Source of the DNA: a virus
Taxonomy: Duplodnaviria > Caudoviricetes
Virus record (IMG/VR): IMGVR_UViG_3300032007_000001
Length of the DNA: 64,000 nt
Direction: 5' to 3' (one strand)
In this document: positions 29,157-39,269 of the stretch, in pieces
Numbering within the stretch: the first letter of the stretch is position 1
Layout of the letters: each line of letters starts with the position of its first letter
Translations under genes and position numbers: made by a program
Notes under the pieces: generated by a model
The model's database searches: none
Told to the model about the DNA's origin: nothing
The model's input: the letters and a program-made list of their open reading frames with translations, nothing else

Positions 29157-30182
29157 ATGAAGAAAATAAATCCAATACAATCAATATTTATAATGCTTGG
29201 AAATGAATGCAATTTAAGTTGCAAGTATTGTATTCAGCATGTTATGGTCAATGAAGTAACACCGCATGGAATCAATAAAGATATTATTAAGTTTATAAAA
29301 AATCTTTCTGATAGACAAATATTGCCATTCCAAATTTTTTTCTACGGTGGCGAACCGTTGCTTTGGTTTGAAGATATTAAAAAATATACAAAAGAATTTT
29401 ATGGATATGCTAATTTTGCAATCATTACAAATGGAAAAGCTTTGGACGAAGAAAAAGTAGAATTTATAAATGAATATAATATTGGCGTTGGTGTTAGTTA
29501 TGATGGAAGAAATTCCAATTTTACAAGAGGATACGACGTCTTAAAAGATAAATACGATATCTTATTGAATATTGTTAATTTATCTTTTTCTGGTGTTATA
29601 TCTTGTTACAATTATCCTCAAGATTGGTTGGAAGATTTGAAGTGTTTTTCAGATGATTTCTTAAAAAAATATAATCGTTACGTTGGTACTAATTTAGATT
29701 TATTAATGAATAACAATAAATTGGAAAACACAGACAATTTCGATATGTCAAAAATTAGAAAGCAAATGGAAAATTTGTGTAATGATTATTATAAAAGGAG
29801 CATATCGGAAACTAAAAAAACATTCAATGATACTTTTATAGATAGTTTATTAAATATGAGCAATAACTATCCAGATTTAGACCATTACGGAAAATGTATG
29901 AATGGTATAAATGTATTAAATATTGACGCAAATGGTGAAATGTATTTATGCCATAATTCTAGAATCAAACTTGGAAATTTAGAAACTCCAAGAAAAGAAA
30001 TGACAAAAAAATGTTTAGATATGTATACTCCAAAATTACATTGCAAAGAATGCAATGTATTAAGTTATTGTTGCGGTGGATGTATGCTAAGCACACAAGA
30101 AGACTTAGATAATTATTACTGTGAATTAGCTAGGAATATGTACGAACCCGTAAAAGAATTATATGAAAAACTAAACAACTGA
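29157..30182 (+). CDS. Radical SAM/SPASM protein (anSME/peptide-maturase-like)
   Basis: CNLSCKYC, FYGGEPLL, ITNG, VSYDG, C..G....IDANG.MYLCH, CKEC.....CCGGC...C. Confidence 0.9.
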   Translation: MKKINPIQSIFIMLGNECNLSCKYCIQHVMVNEVTPHGINKDIIKFIKNLSDRQILPFQIFFYGGEPLLWFEDIKKYTKEFYGYANFAIITNGKALDEEKVEFINEYNIGVGVSYDGRNSNFTRGYDVLKDKYDILLNIVNLSFSGVISCYNYPQDWLEDLKCFSDDFLKKYNRYVGTNLDLLMNNNKLENTDNFDMSKIRKQMENLCNDYYKRSISETKKTFNDTFIDSLLNMSNNYPDLDHYGKCMNGINVLNIDANGEMYLCHNSRIKLGNLETPRKEMTKKCLDMYTPKLHCKECNVLSYCCGGCMLSTQEDLDNYYCELARNMYEPVKELYEKLNN

Positions 30183-30192
30183 ATGGTGATAA

Positions 30193-30621
30193 AATGTAAC
30201 TGCACTTTCTACTGAAGTTACTAAAAAATTTGACTTAAATACAGATTTTTGTTATATTTATCCGAATAATGGGACAGAACAAAATCCAGCAAACGTTTCT
30301 ATAGGTACTCGGTATGTTGAAAGCAATCCATTTCCTGGTTATATTGTGAATTGCATAGCTGAGGTTTTGTTTAATAATCTTTGGTCTGAAGCAAAATATG
30401 CTAATTGGTTGTATAATTCTACTTATAAATCTTATGGTATTGTCGCTATACATCATAATAACGACAGTATTATTGTTCAAACTGGGGTTACACGTTTGTT
30501 GGAACACTCCGGTTTTACCGGTAATGCATATGGAGAAAATTTTCCATCAACTACAGATACTTCATCACTTCCATGTAGAATTAAAGTTTGGAAGATAGGA
30601 AAAATAAAAGAGACCGATTAG
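30193..30621 (+). pseudogene. Orphan tail-fibre C-terminal (tip) domain lacking its N-terminus
   Basis: KFDLNTDFCYIYPNNGTEQNPANVS...ESNPFPGY...PCRIKVWKIGKI aligns to the C-terminus of 51372; the RBS-ATG at 30194 is out of frame and followed by TAA. Confidence 0.7.
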
Positions 30622-30632
30622 GTCTCTTATTT

Positions 30633-30914
30633 TTATGCTTTTTTAATAAGATGTTTTGTTTTTTTAGCAGCTCTAAACGCCTTTTCGTAATTTTCATAAT
30701 CTCCACGCATGAGATATTTTTTTTCAGTATGATAATTAATTTCTGTTAAAACATCCTCTATTTTCTTAACGACTTCTTGGTTGCCATTTTCTTTTGCTTC
30801 TTGATATATATCATATAGTTCTTTTGATTCTTCTGGATAAAGTCCATAATCCAATTCTTTTGCTATTTCGTGAGCATCTCCAACACTATAAAATAATTCT
30901 TCTAAATTTGTCAT
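30633..30914 (-). CDS. Hypothetical acidic protein (ends KHLIKKA)
   Basis: GGAGG RBS. Confidence 0.65.
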   Translation of the reverse strand: MTNLEELFYSVGDAHEIAKELDYGLYPEESKELYDIYQEAKENGNQEVVKKIEDVLTEINYHTEKKYLMRGDYENYEKAFRAAKKTKHLIKKA

Positions 30915-30965
30915 ATTTGTTCCTCCAAATAATTTTTCTAATTAGAAAATACAACAAATTTAATG

Positions 30966-31289
30966 TTATAAACCATTTCGTTTGATAAGTTTTTTCTTAA
31001 AATGTCTTAAATAATCGTTTATGCAATTTCTTTCTTTCAAAATAAAATCAATTTTTCCAAAATGAAAATTTTTACATTTTTCATAATTGTGACATAAATA
31101 ATTTTCTATTTTGTTTGAATAAATAGGAACCATAAACGATAAAATTCCCTTACTGAAATTAGACTTAAAATAATTGTTTTTACTTAAGTTAATATAACTA
31201 GCATGAATTATAAAAAAATCGCCATATTTATATTCATCAACGTAAATTCTCAATGCCTTTGAAGCATTTATAAAACATTTGAGACTCAA
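30966..31289 (-). CDS. Hypothetical protein, G-Phi family (ends NGL)
   Basis: GAGGTG RBS, TTG start. Confidence 0.6.
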   Translation of the reverse strand: MSLKCFINASKALRIYVDEYKYGDFFIIHASYINLSKNNYFKSNFSKGILSFMVPIYSNKIENYLCHNYEKCKNFHFGKIDFILKERNCINDYLRHFKKKLIKRNGL

Positions 31290-31412
31290 AAAATTTCACC
31301 TCTCATATTTTTTCTAATATATATTAGAAATTTTTACAATTATGCTTTTTAAGCCAATTATATTAATTTTAGATATATTTTATTAAATTATAGATAGTAA
31401 ATTAAGAGATAG

Positions 31413-32033
31413 GTGAAGAATATGAGCGAAAGTACGCAAACTCTTCATATAAACGGAGAAACAATAAAATTATACGATAATGTCAATGATGTTGGCGCAA
31501 ATAAAACAACAGTTGGTTCTTTATTTGCAAAAATGGACACACCAGAAAACAATAATGTTAATAATAGCAAAACCGTTATTAACGGAAAAAAAATATTGGT
31601 TAGAAATTTTACAACGATTTCAACGCTTCCAAGCCAATCTGGAAGCTTAATTTATACTGGTTCGTCCAGAACACCATTATGGAACGATTATAATGCATCA
31701 AATCTATCAATTAGTGGAACAACATCTGCTGTTTCTGCCGGTTCTTATACTGCAACATTTACACCTAAATATGGTTATTCATGGAACGATTGGAGTACAG
31801 ATTCTAAATCAAATACATGGGCAATTGGAAAGGCTGGCGGGATATGTTCGCCAACTTCTACAAGTACAAGTGTAACGCATTCAAATTGCGAATGTAATCA
31901 ATGCCAACAATGTAAAGATTGCACGTATTATGAATGTAATATTGTGCAATGTAATTATTATCAATGTTCTTTTTACCAATGTACTGATTGTTCTTATTAT
32001 TACTACTATTATTATTCGTGTAGTTGCGGTTAA
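31413..32033 (+). CDS. Fibre-like beta-repeat protein with Cys/Tyr-rich C-terminal tail
   Basis: PSQSGSLIYTG...AGSYTATFTPK.GY.W domain; 12 Cys in the last 47 aa. Confidence 0.75.
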   Translation: MKNMSESTQTLHINGETIKLYDNVNDVGANKTTVGSLFAKMDTPENNNVNNSKTVINGKKILVRNFTTISTLPSQSGSLIYTGSSRTPLWNDYNASNLSISGTTSAVSAGSYTATFTPKYGYSWNDWSTDSKSNTWAIGKAGGICSPTSTSTSVTHSNCECNQCQQCKDCTYYECNIVQCNYYQCSFYQCTDCSYYYYYYYSCSCG

Positions 32034-32050
32034 TTGGAGGTTAATATATA

Positions 32051-32398
32051 ATGAGTTCTACAACAATTCCCATTAATACACATGGTGGTACATTATCGGC
32101 GACGTCCAACAATAATTCTGTTGCTACAGCTTATACAAGCGGAAATGATGTTGTTATATCTGGCGCTGGTTCCGGTATTTGCACTGTAACAATAACAAGT
32201 GGTGAAACATCAAATTATAAATCGGCATCAGCTGGTATTACTGTTAATTCTACAGCAACAAATTGTCAGTGTGATAAATCACAATGTAATTCTTATAAAC
32301 AGGACAAAAAAAAATCAGCACCGAGCAATTGCGCACAACAATGTTATAATTGTTATAGTTGCAGTTGTAGTTGTAGCTGCGGTGGCGGCGGTGATTGA
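32051..32398 (+). CDS. Ig-like (Big_2-type) protein with Cys-rich C-terminal tail
   Basis: SATSNNNSVATA...G.G...VTIT; 10 Cys in the last 44 aa, ending CSCSCSCGGGGD. Confidence 0.75.
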   Translation: MSSTTIPINTHGGTLSATSNNNSVATAYTSGNDVVISGAGSGICTVTITSGETSNYKSASAGITVNSTATNCQCDKSQCNSYKQDKKKSAPSNCAQQCYNCYSCSCSCSCGGGGD

Positions 32399-32431
32399 TA
32401 TCATTATGAATGAAATGGAGTATAACAACAT

Positions 32432-33463
32432 ATGAATAATTTAATTGGATTTAAGAATATTTCTTTATATTCATTAAATGGACTTCGTTCTGGGAAATCT
32501 TTAGTTAGACGAAGAACTTTTGAGATGCTAAAATGTAAAGAATTCTATTATGATAGATTTAAGAAATTTAACAATGTTTTTTTTAGTGACAAAATAAATT
32601 GGAAATATAATTTAGATGGGAAATGTAAGAAAACGTTTGAAGAAATATGCATAGATAGAGTAAACGAATTTTATAATAAATACGATAAAATCATATTATG
32701 CGTATCTGGAGGTATTTCTTCAGTTACAATTTTAAGTGCATTTGCATTAGCAAATTGTTTAGATAAATTAATAGTTATTTTTGACCAAGATATTATTGAA
32801 AATAAATCAATTTTAATTGATTGGTTCAAAAAAAATAATATTGAAATGGTTAATTGTAAAGAAGAAGATTTTATAGATAAAATAAAAAATATCTTAAAAA
32901 TCTATCCGAATAGCGTTATTACTAATGGAAAATGTGGAGACCAAATAAGTCATGGTATCAGTTCTATTGACTTAAAACGCTTTGGACAATTTGACCCAAA
33001 TGTTGATTATAATTATTATTTTGAATTTTCAAGGTTTGATTTATTGAAAGAATGGATTGAAAAATATCCTTTTAAGGAAGATATAAAAACATTACATCAT
33101 TTGACTTGGTTAGTAAATTTTTCTGTTTGTTGGATGTATCAAGAAACAATATTTATGTTTTTATATAAGCAACTTCCTCCATCCATACATAAAGCATTTT
33201 TTGCAACGCAAGAATTTACCGATTGGGCAATTAATAATTTAGACATTATTTTAAGTGGAAAACCTTGGGAAGGCGACATATACTATAAACCACATTTTAA
33301 GGAAGTAATAAGAAAAGTTTTTGGTAATCAGTTCGATAGATGTAGCAAATTAGAATCATTGAATGTATTATGGAATTTAGATATGGAAAAAATTGCACAA
33401 AACGATAATATTTTTGCTACAGATGGTCAAAAATTTTATACGTTAGATTTTATTGAAAAATGA
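32432..33463 (+). CDS. AsnB/PP-loop-like protein (degenerate SGGISS)
   Basis: Paralogue of 27117; NGKCGDQI. Confidence 0.7.
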   Translation: MNNLIGFKNISLYSLNGLRSGKSLVRRRTFEMLKCKEFYYDRFKKFNNVFFSDKINWKYNLDGKCKKTFEEICIDRVNEFYNKYDKIILCVSGGISSVTILSAFALANCLDKLIVIFDQDIIENKSILIDWFKKNNIEMVNCKEEDFIDKIKNILKIYPNSVITNGKCGDQISHGISSIDLKRFGQFDPNVDYNYYFEFSRFDLLKEWIEKYPFKEDIKTLHHLTWLVNFSVCWMYQETIFMFLYKQLPPSIHKAFFATQEFTDWAINNLDIILSGKPWEGDIYYKPHFKEVIRKVFGNQFDRCSKLESLNVLWNLDMEKIAQNDNIFATDGQKFYTLDFIEK

Positions 33464-34442
33464 TAAGGAAGATTATAACATGAGTTTATTTTCTGTTCCA
33501 TATAATGGATATGACGTAGATACATTTTTATGTGAATTAAATAAAAGAATAGACCATATTAATGATGTATATTGCGAACTTCCTAAAATCCAATCTTGTA
33601 AAACGATGAGTTTGCAATCGTTAGATTTCTTAGATTATGAACAATATTCAAAAAATTGCGAAGAATTTCTCATAAAAACAATGAATACGGACCTCCAAAG
33701 ATATGTTACATTAAATGCAATAAACTACTATAAAAAATATGATGATTATCAATTAATGTATATGATAGATGTTATATGCAAAAAAATAGAAAAATATAAA
33801 ATACAAGGTATTATCGTTGCAAACCAAACGATAGCATCTTGTGTAAAAGATGCATTTCCAAATATAAAAATTTCTATTTCAACAAATGCAAATTTATATA
33901 CATTAAATGAAACTAGAAAATGGAAACTTATTGGTTCTGATTTTTTAACACCACCAAGAGATATGAATAGAAATATCAATTACTTAAAAATGATAAAAAA
34001 AGCTGGATTTAAGATTAGATTAATGTTAAACGAAGCTTGTTCTATGTTTTGTAATAATTATTCAATGTGCGGGAAAGCCAGAGGAAAAAGAGGATGTTTG
34101 GACCCAAGTCATTGGTTGCAAAGAACATATATTATTCCTCGTTGGTTAGATATTTTAGATGAATATGTTGATGTATATAAATATGCTGGAAGATTTTCAA
34201 GAACAGAACATATTTTTAAGTCTTTAGATTGTTATATTAGTAGAAAAGATTGTACACTAAAAGATTTATTTGACCAAAAAGGTACAAAATTATTTGGCGA
34301 TTTTAATACATCTGAAATTCCTGATAAACTCATATATTGTAATTGTGAGGAATGCGATACTTGTAATGTATGTTCTTCAATTTACGAAAAATATCCATAC
34401 TTAAATGATAAATCGCGTTCGCTTATAACATTAAATGAATAG
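33453..34442 (+). CDS. U32-family protein (likely start 33480)
   Basis: ISISTNA, PPRDMNRN, MLNEACSMFC, YKYAGR, CNCEECDTCNVC. Confidence 0.75.
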   Translation: MKNDKEDYNMSLFSVPYNGYDVDTFLCELNKRIDHINDVYCELPKIQSCKTMSLQSLDFLDYEQYSKNCEEFLIKTMNTDLQRYVTLNAINYYKKYDDYQLMYMIDVICKKIEKYKIQGIIVANQTIASCVKDAFPNIKISISTNANLYTLNETRKWKLIGSDFLTPPRDMNRNINYLKMIKKAGFKIRLMLNEACSMFCNNYSMCGKARGKRGCLDPSHWLQRTYIIPRWLDILDEYVDVYKYAGRFSRTEHIFKSLDCYISRKDCTLKDLFDQKGTKLFGDFNTSEIPDKLIYCNCEECDTCNVCSSIYEKYPYLNDKSRSLITLNE

Positions 34443-35634
34443 AGATGATTTTATGAATAATCTTATTGGATTTAATAATATGTCATTATATCCAAATTTT
34501 GGATTTCTTTATAAAGATAGTCGTAGCACATTGTCAGATTATATGGGGTTAATATCAATTTTTAAGTGGTTTTTAATTCCAGACGGTTCATATGATAGAT
34601 TTCATAACATACCAACGTTGTTTGATGATAAAATCAATTGGCGATATAATTTGGATGGGAAATGCAAAAAGACATTTGAAGAAATATGCATTGACAGAGC
34701 AAAAGAAATATATGATTCGCATGACAAGATTTTTTTAGGATTTACAGGTGGAATTACGTCTTTAACATTATTAAGTACATTTGTATTAAATAATCAATTG
34801 GATAAATTGATTATTTTATATGATGAAAATATTGAAAATAAAGAAATATTATTTGATTTTTTCAAAAAAAATAATATTAAAAATTATCTTTTTGGATATA
34901 AGGATAATATGAAATCATATTCAGATACAATAAAAGAACATGTATCAGAAAATGAAAAATTTTGCATAATAAATGGGTTGTGTGCTGATTATTTTGAATT
35001 CGGAAAATGTACAGCCTTATATACAAGACAAAATGTTGATGATATTATTGATGAATATAATAATACAATATTTAGCCCATATGAAAATTTTTTCAAAGAA
35101 AAAAAATATTCGCAATTAAATATTGTCAATGAATGGGTCTCAAAATTTCCATTTGGTGATAAAATAAAAAGTATAAGAGATTTGGCCTGGTTGTTTTCAT
35201 TTTCTGTATTATGGACACATTTGGAAACAAAGCATATGTTTACATATGATAAATTTATGCCGTACGTACATAAGCCATTTTTCTGTACTCAAGAATTTAC
35301 AGATTGGGCAATTAATAATTTAGATGAAATTTTAGAAAACAATTATATATGGACGAGAGATGGCAAAAATTATAAATTAAAATTCAAAAAAATTATTTCA
35401 AAAGTATTTGATGATAAATTTGACAATCTTCAAAAAGAAAATAGTTCCTTATATATAAGGAGCAGAAGAAGAGACAGATATATAAAAGATAAAGTAGAAA
35501 GAGATTTTAATGCCCATGATGCAAAAAAATATAAAGATATTCAAACTTTTTTATATTATGGTGATGAATATATATATAAAAATTTTGCAACTGATGGAAA
35601 AAGGTTTTACGGTCTTGACTTTATAGAAAAATAA
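34435..35634 (+). CDS. AsnB/PP-loop-like protein (degenerate TGGITS)
   Basis: Paralogue of 27117 and 32432; NGLCADY. Confidence 0.65.
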   Translation: MNRDDFMNNLIGFNNMSLYPNFGFLYKDSRSTLSDYMGLISIFKWFLIPDGSYDRFHNIPTLFDDKINWRYNLDGKCKKTFEEICIDRAKEIYDSHDKIFLGFTGGITSLTLLSTFVLNNQLDKLIILYDENIENKEILFDFFKKNNIKNYLFGYKDNMKSYSDTIKEHVSENEKFCIINGLCADYFEFGKCTALYTRQNVDDIIDEYNNTIFSPYENFFKEKKYSQLNIVNEWVSKFPFGDKIKSIRDLAWLFSFSVLWTHLETKHMFTYDKFMPYVHKPFFCTQEFTDWAINNLDEILENNYIWTRDGKNYKLKFKKIISKVFDDKFDNLQKENSSLYIRSRRRDRYIKDKVERDFNAHDAKKYKDIQTFLYYGDEYIYKNFATDGKRFYGLDFIEK

Positions 35635-35682
35635 AAAATAAATGCATAGATTGTTATCTATGCATTTTAATTAAGGTGAAAA

Positions 35683-36675
35683 ATGTATTATTGTGATTCT
35701 TTGAATAATAGCGAATTTAATATAACTGGAAATATAAATAACATTTTCATTAAATTATGTGTTGCTGGTATAAAAAATCCGCCAGTTGTAAAATTAAATG
35801 TCAATCCACAAAAAACATTTGATGATTTTTTTAACTTAAAAAATAAATGTATAGAAAAATTTATTTTTCATAAAAATAATGACTTAAAAAATTTTTCTTG
35901 CATAGATTGCTATAGAAAAACAGAACGTGACAATCTTATAAATTTAGACAACAATATAAAACATATAAACATTAATATACATAGTTCTCCGTGCCAATGT
36001 AAATGTATATATTGTCAAAATGTCTATAATTTTAACGACAATGAAGAAACTAAAAAATGGTATAATGTTTTTTTTGAAACTATGTTATATGGAATTAAAA
36101 AACAATATATCTCGAAAGATTGTATGTGGAGACTAGATGCTGGAGAAATAACAATTCATCCATATAAAAAAGAATTTTTTAATTTATTAAAAGATTTTAA
36201 GACAAGATATTACACTAACGGATTTATATTTGATAATGATATTGCAAATGCATTGAAAAACATTAATAATGAATTAAGTATTTCCATTGATTGTGGTACA
36301 TCTCTTTCTTGGGAAAAAATAAAAGGATTTAATAATTTTGATAATGTAAAAAAACACATAAGCAAATATATACAACATTGCATAAATACACAACAAATAC
36401 ATATAAAATATATAGTACTGCCAGAATATAACAATAATTTGGATGATTATATTGGGATTATTAATTTCTTAAAAGAAAACAATATTAAAGAATTACAAAT
36501 AGCAAGAGATATACATTTAAGATATACTAAAGATATTAAATATAAAAATTCATTATTAACATCAGTTTCACAATTAAGTAAAATATGCAAATCTAGCAAT
36601 ATATACCCAGATATTATGAATAAATTCTTTTCGAAAGAAGAAAAAGATTATATAAAAATAAAAGAGCTTAATTAA
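35683..36675 (+). CDS. Radical SAM protein with N-terminal Cys cluster
   Basis: CQCKCIYC, AGEITIHP, YTNG, ISIDCG. Confidence 0.85.
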   Translation: MYYCDSLNNSEFNITGNINNIFIKLCVAGIKNPPVVKLNVNPQKTFDDFFNLKNKCIEKFIFHKNNDLKNFSCIDCYRKTERDNLINLDNNIKHININIHSSPCQCKCIYCQNVYNFNDNEETKKWYNVFFETMLYGIKKQYISKDCMWRLDAGEITIHPYKKEFFNLLKDFKTRYYTNGFIFDNDIANALKNINNELSISIDCGTSLSWEKIKGFNNFDNVKKHISKYIQHCINTQQIHIKYIVLPEYNNNLDDYIGIINFLKENNIKELQIARDIHLRYTKDIKYKNSLLTSVSQLSKICKSSNIYPDIMNKFFSKEEKDYIKIKELN

Positions 36676-36683
36676 GCTCTTTT

Positions 36684-36974
36684 TTATAGTCCTTTTCTTC
36701 TTTTTATTTGTTCTTTTTCATATATGTCATATAATTGTTTCAATAAATCTAATTTTTTTGCTTTTATTTTATTGTCTTCTGCTACTCTTTCTACATAACA
36801 CGGTGAACCATGATAAGATATATCTTCCTTGAAGCAAACTTTATCATCTTTTACATATAAAATATTTATATCGCTTCTTTCACCAAACTCATTGTGAAAG
36901 ATATGTTCTATCATTTCCAATTCTGACATTTGGATTTCTATATTTTTAATTATAGCATTTGTTGTTATATACAT
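36684..36974 (-). CDS. Hypothetical protein, G-Phi family (ends KGL)
   Basis: GGAGG RBS upstream. Confidence 0.6.
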   Translation of the reverse strand: MYITTNAIIKNIEIQMSELEMIEHIFHNEFGERSDINILYVKDDKVCFKEDISYHGSPCYVERVAEDNKIKAKKLDLLKQLYDIYEKEQIKRRKGL

Positions 36975-37070
36975 AACATTTATCCTCCAGCCGTATCTCA
37001 GAATTCACAGTGTGTTCAAGAACAAAACAAATAAATAAAAGAGAGGTAATCCTCTCTATTTTTAATTTAT

Positions 37071-37145
37071 TGGCAGGAACTGCCCGAATCGAACAGGCGT
37101 CCACGAATTTGGAGTTCGTGATGCTAGCCACTACACCAAGTTCCT
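37071..37145 (-). tRNA. tRNA-Trp(CCA)
   Basis: Cloverleaf; loop CT-CCA-AA; encoded CCA end. Confidence 0.9.
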
Positions 37146-37151
37146 ATAAAA

Positions 37152-37227
37152 TGGAGCTGGCGATAGGACTCGGACCTACAACCTGCGGTTTACAAAACCG
37201 CTGCTCTGCCAATTGAGCTACGCCAGC
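37152..37227 (-). tRNA. tRNA-Thr(TGT)
   Basis: GCGGT TT-TGT-AA ACCGC; T-loop TCCGAG. Confidence 0.9.
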
Positions 37228-37232
37228 ATAAA

Positions 37233-37306
37233 TGGAGCGAATGATGGGAATCGAACCCACGTAATCAGCTTGGAAGGCTGAAATTCTACCATTGAATTAC
37301 ATCCGC
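37233..37306 (-). tRNA. tRNA-Gly(TCC)
   Basis: TCAGC CT-TCC-AA GCTGA. Confidence 0.92.
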
Positions 37307-37478
37307 ATTATTTTTTATGAAATCAAATTTTACAAATTAAATAAAACAATAATTGCAATAAATATGACTGGAATAAATGCACGAGAACGCATTCTTATTG
37401 TTTGCATTTTGTTCTTTAATTGCATTGTTTCTTTCTTAAATTCTGTGTTTTTATAAGTTTTCATTATTTATCTTCCTT

Positions 37479-37889
37479 TCAATTAAGAATTTTTAGTGCT
37501 TTTTCAATATCTTCTTTTTGCAATCCTTTGTTAGAATCAGTAAGTACAAGATTCGTTTCTGTCAATTCATCCATATCCTTATCGTCATCAATGATTACAA
37601 AAGATTCAATATCTTTATCTTTCATCCAGTCTTTTATTTCTGAACCGCGAGTTCCAGGAAGACTTCTTGTAGCACCTATAACTTCAGTATTAATTAATTT
37701 CATTTTGTTTTCTACTAATTTTCTTAATGAAGGAATTCCTCGCCAAGAAGAAGACAAAACAATTTTTGCATTTGTCTTTTTCACTAATTCTCCTAAAAGG
37801 TCCAAGTGACTTTGTGTTTCAAGAGTTTGTGAAAATTTATCATTTATAGAATTTAATACTCCGTCTATATCCAAAAATATGACTTTCAT
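37479..37889 (-). CDS. HAD-superfamily phosphatase (Swiss-Army-Knife RNA-repair type)
   Basis: IFLDIDGVLN, VLSSSWR, RGSEI, FVIIDD. Confidence 0.85.
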   Translation of the reverse strand: MKVIFLDIDGVLNSINDKFSQTLETQSHLDLLGELVKKTNAKIVLSSSWRGIPSLRKLVENKMKLINTEVIGATRSLPGTRGSEIKDWMKDKDIESFVIIDDDKDMDELTETNLVLTDSNKGLQKEDIEKALKILN

Positions 37890-37907
37890 ATCTTTTCCTT
37901 TCTTAAA

Positions 37908-37996
37908 TGGCGGAGTGGGTGGGATTTGAACCCACGCAGGATTTCTCCTCTAACGATTTAGCAAACCGTCCTCTTCAACCACTTGAGTACCACTCC
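37908..37996 (-). tRNA. tRNA-Ser(GCT)
   Basis: Long variable arm; TT-GCT-AA. Confidence 0.92.
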
Positions 37997-38002
37997 ATGT
38001 TA

Positions 38003-38078
38003 TGGTGGAGACAAGGGGAATCGAACCCCTGACCTCTTGCTTGCAAGGCAAGTGCTCTCCCAGTTGAGCTATGTCCCC
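38003..38078 (-). tRNA. tRNA-Ala(TGC)
   Basis: G3:U70; CT-TGC-AA. Confidence 0.95.
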
Positions 38079-38082
38079 ATTA

Positions 38083-38173
38083 TGGCGGATGGGGAGGGAT
38101 TCGAACCCCCGCGCGCTTTGCGACGCCTATCGGTTTTCAGGACCGAACTCTTCAGCCACTTGAGTACCCATCC
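38083..38173 (-). tRNA. tRNA-Ser(TGA)
   Basis: Long variable arm; loop CC-TGA-AA (C33). Confidence 0.88.
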
Positions 38174-38178
38174 ATATA

Positions 38179-38255
<77 letters not shown>

Positions 38256-38445
38256 ATATTTAATCTATCTTTTTTAGATGTTTCTATGATTTCTTTAAGT
38301 TTTTCTTCTGTCTTTTTTTTTGAAAAGATTCATCTATCTCTTTTTGCATTTGCAATTGTTCTTTTGTTCCTGTCCAATTTGGAACTGCAAATGACATGAT
38401 ATCACCTTTTTGTTATGTAATTACTATATATTGAAATTTTAAGAT

Positions 38446-38474
38446 ATTATAACATATTTTTGAGAAAATGTAAA
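38446..38474 (-). promoter_or_regulatory. Sigma-A-like promoter TTTACA-17-TATAAT upstream of the tRNA cluster
   Basis: Consensus match. Confidence 0.65.
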
Positions 38475-38482
38475 CAACTTTT

Positions 38483-38746
38483 TTACAAACCAAATTCAAA
38501 AATAAATTTATTTTTCAAAGTAAGATTTTCATTAAAAATAAATTTATCTAAAATTTTCAAAATTGGAATTACTTTATCTTTTTTTCTTAAATAGGAAAAC
38601 ACTTCGTCCAAAAACGAAATATCCAACGTATGTTTTCTAACAATTCTAACGCAATCTTTTACAGAAACAATTTTTAGAAAATATAAAATTGTATCAGATA
38701 AAATTAATTCGTTATGCATATCAATCATCAAATAAAAGAATCGCAA
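38483..38746 (-). CDS. Hypothetical protein, G-Phi family (ends FEFGL)
   Basis: C-terminus paralogous to 38835; start uncertain. Confidence 0.5.
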   Translation of the reverse strand: MRFFYLMIDMHNELILSDTILYFLKIVSVKDCVRIVRKHTLDISFLDEVFSYLRKKDKVIPILKILDKFIFNENLTLKNKFIFEFGL

Positions 38747-38834
38747 TAAGCAATACTAACCATGCATCAAACGAAATAACCTGAAATATCAACAATAATG
38801 TAATTGTAAATATTAACATATATATTTACTCCAT

Positions 38835-39119
38835 TCATAATCCAAATTCAAAAACGAAATGATTCTGAAGTTCGATATTTTTCTTATTAAATAAATTATA
38901 GAAAAAAGTAATAATTTTATGTTTTCTCTTTTCAATTATATATTGATAAATTTCATCCATCAATGACCATTTGGTAGTAAACTCCAAAATGGAAAAATTG
39001 TTAATATAAAAAATAATTGTATTTGATGGTTCTTCATTGTGACACAACAAATATTGCATCATATGATGATTATTTTCAGAAAATTGTCTCATTATATAAC
39101 CACTCATGCAAAACACCAA
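38835..39119 (-). CDS. Hypothetical protein, G-Phi family (ends FEFGL)
   Basis: C-terminus paralogous to 38483; start uncertain. Confidence 0.5.
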   Translation of the reverse strand: MVFCMSGYIMRQFSENNHHMMQYLLCHNEEPSNTIIFYINNFSILEFTTKWSLMDEIYQYIIEKRKHKIITFFYNLFNKKNIELQNHFVFEFGL

Positions 39120-39269
39120 TTTTCAAAATTATATTGCTATTTGATTTTAATATAAAGAAACATTTAAGTAAATAAAAAATTGTTTTTCAATACTTTGATT
39201 TACAAAAAAATATGTCCAATTCAAGCATCATGTTATATAATAAGGAAAATTTTTGAGGAGGCATATAAG

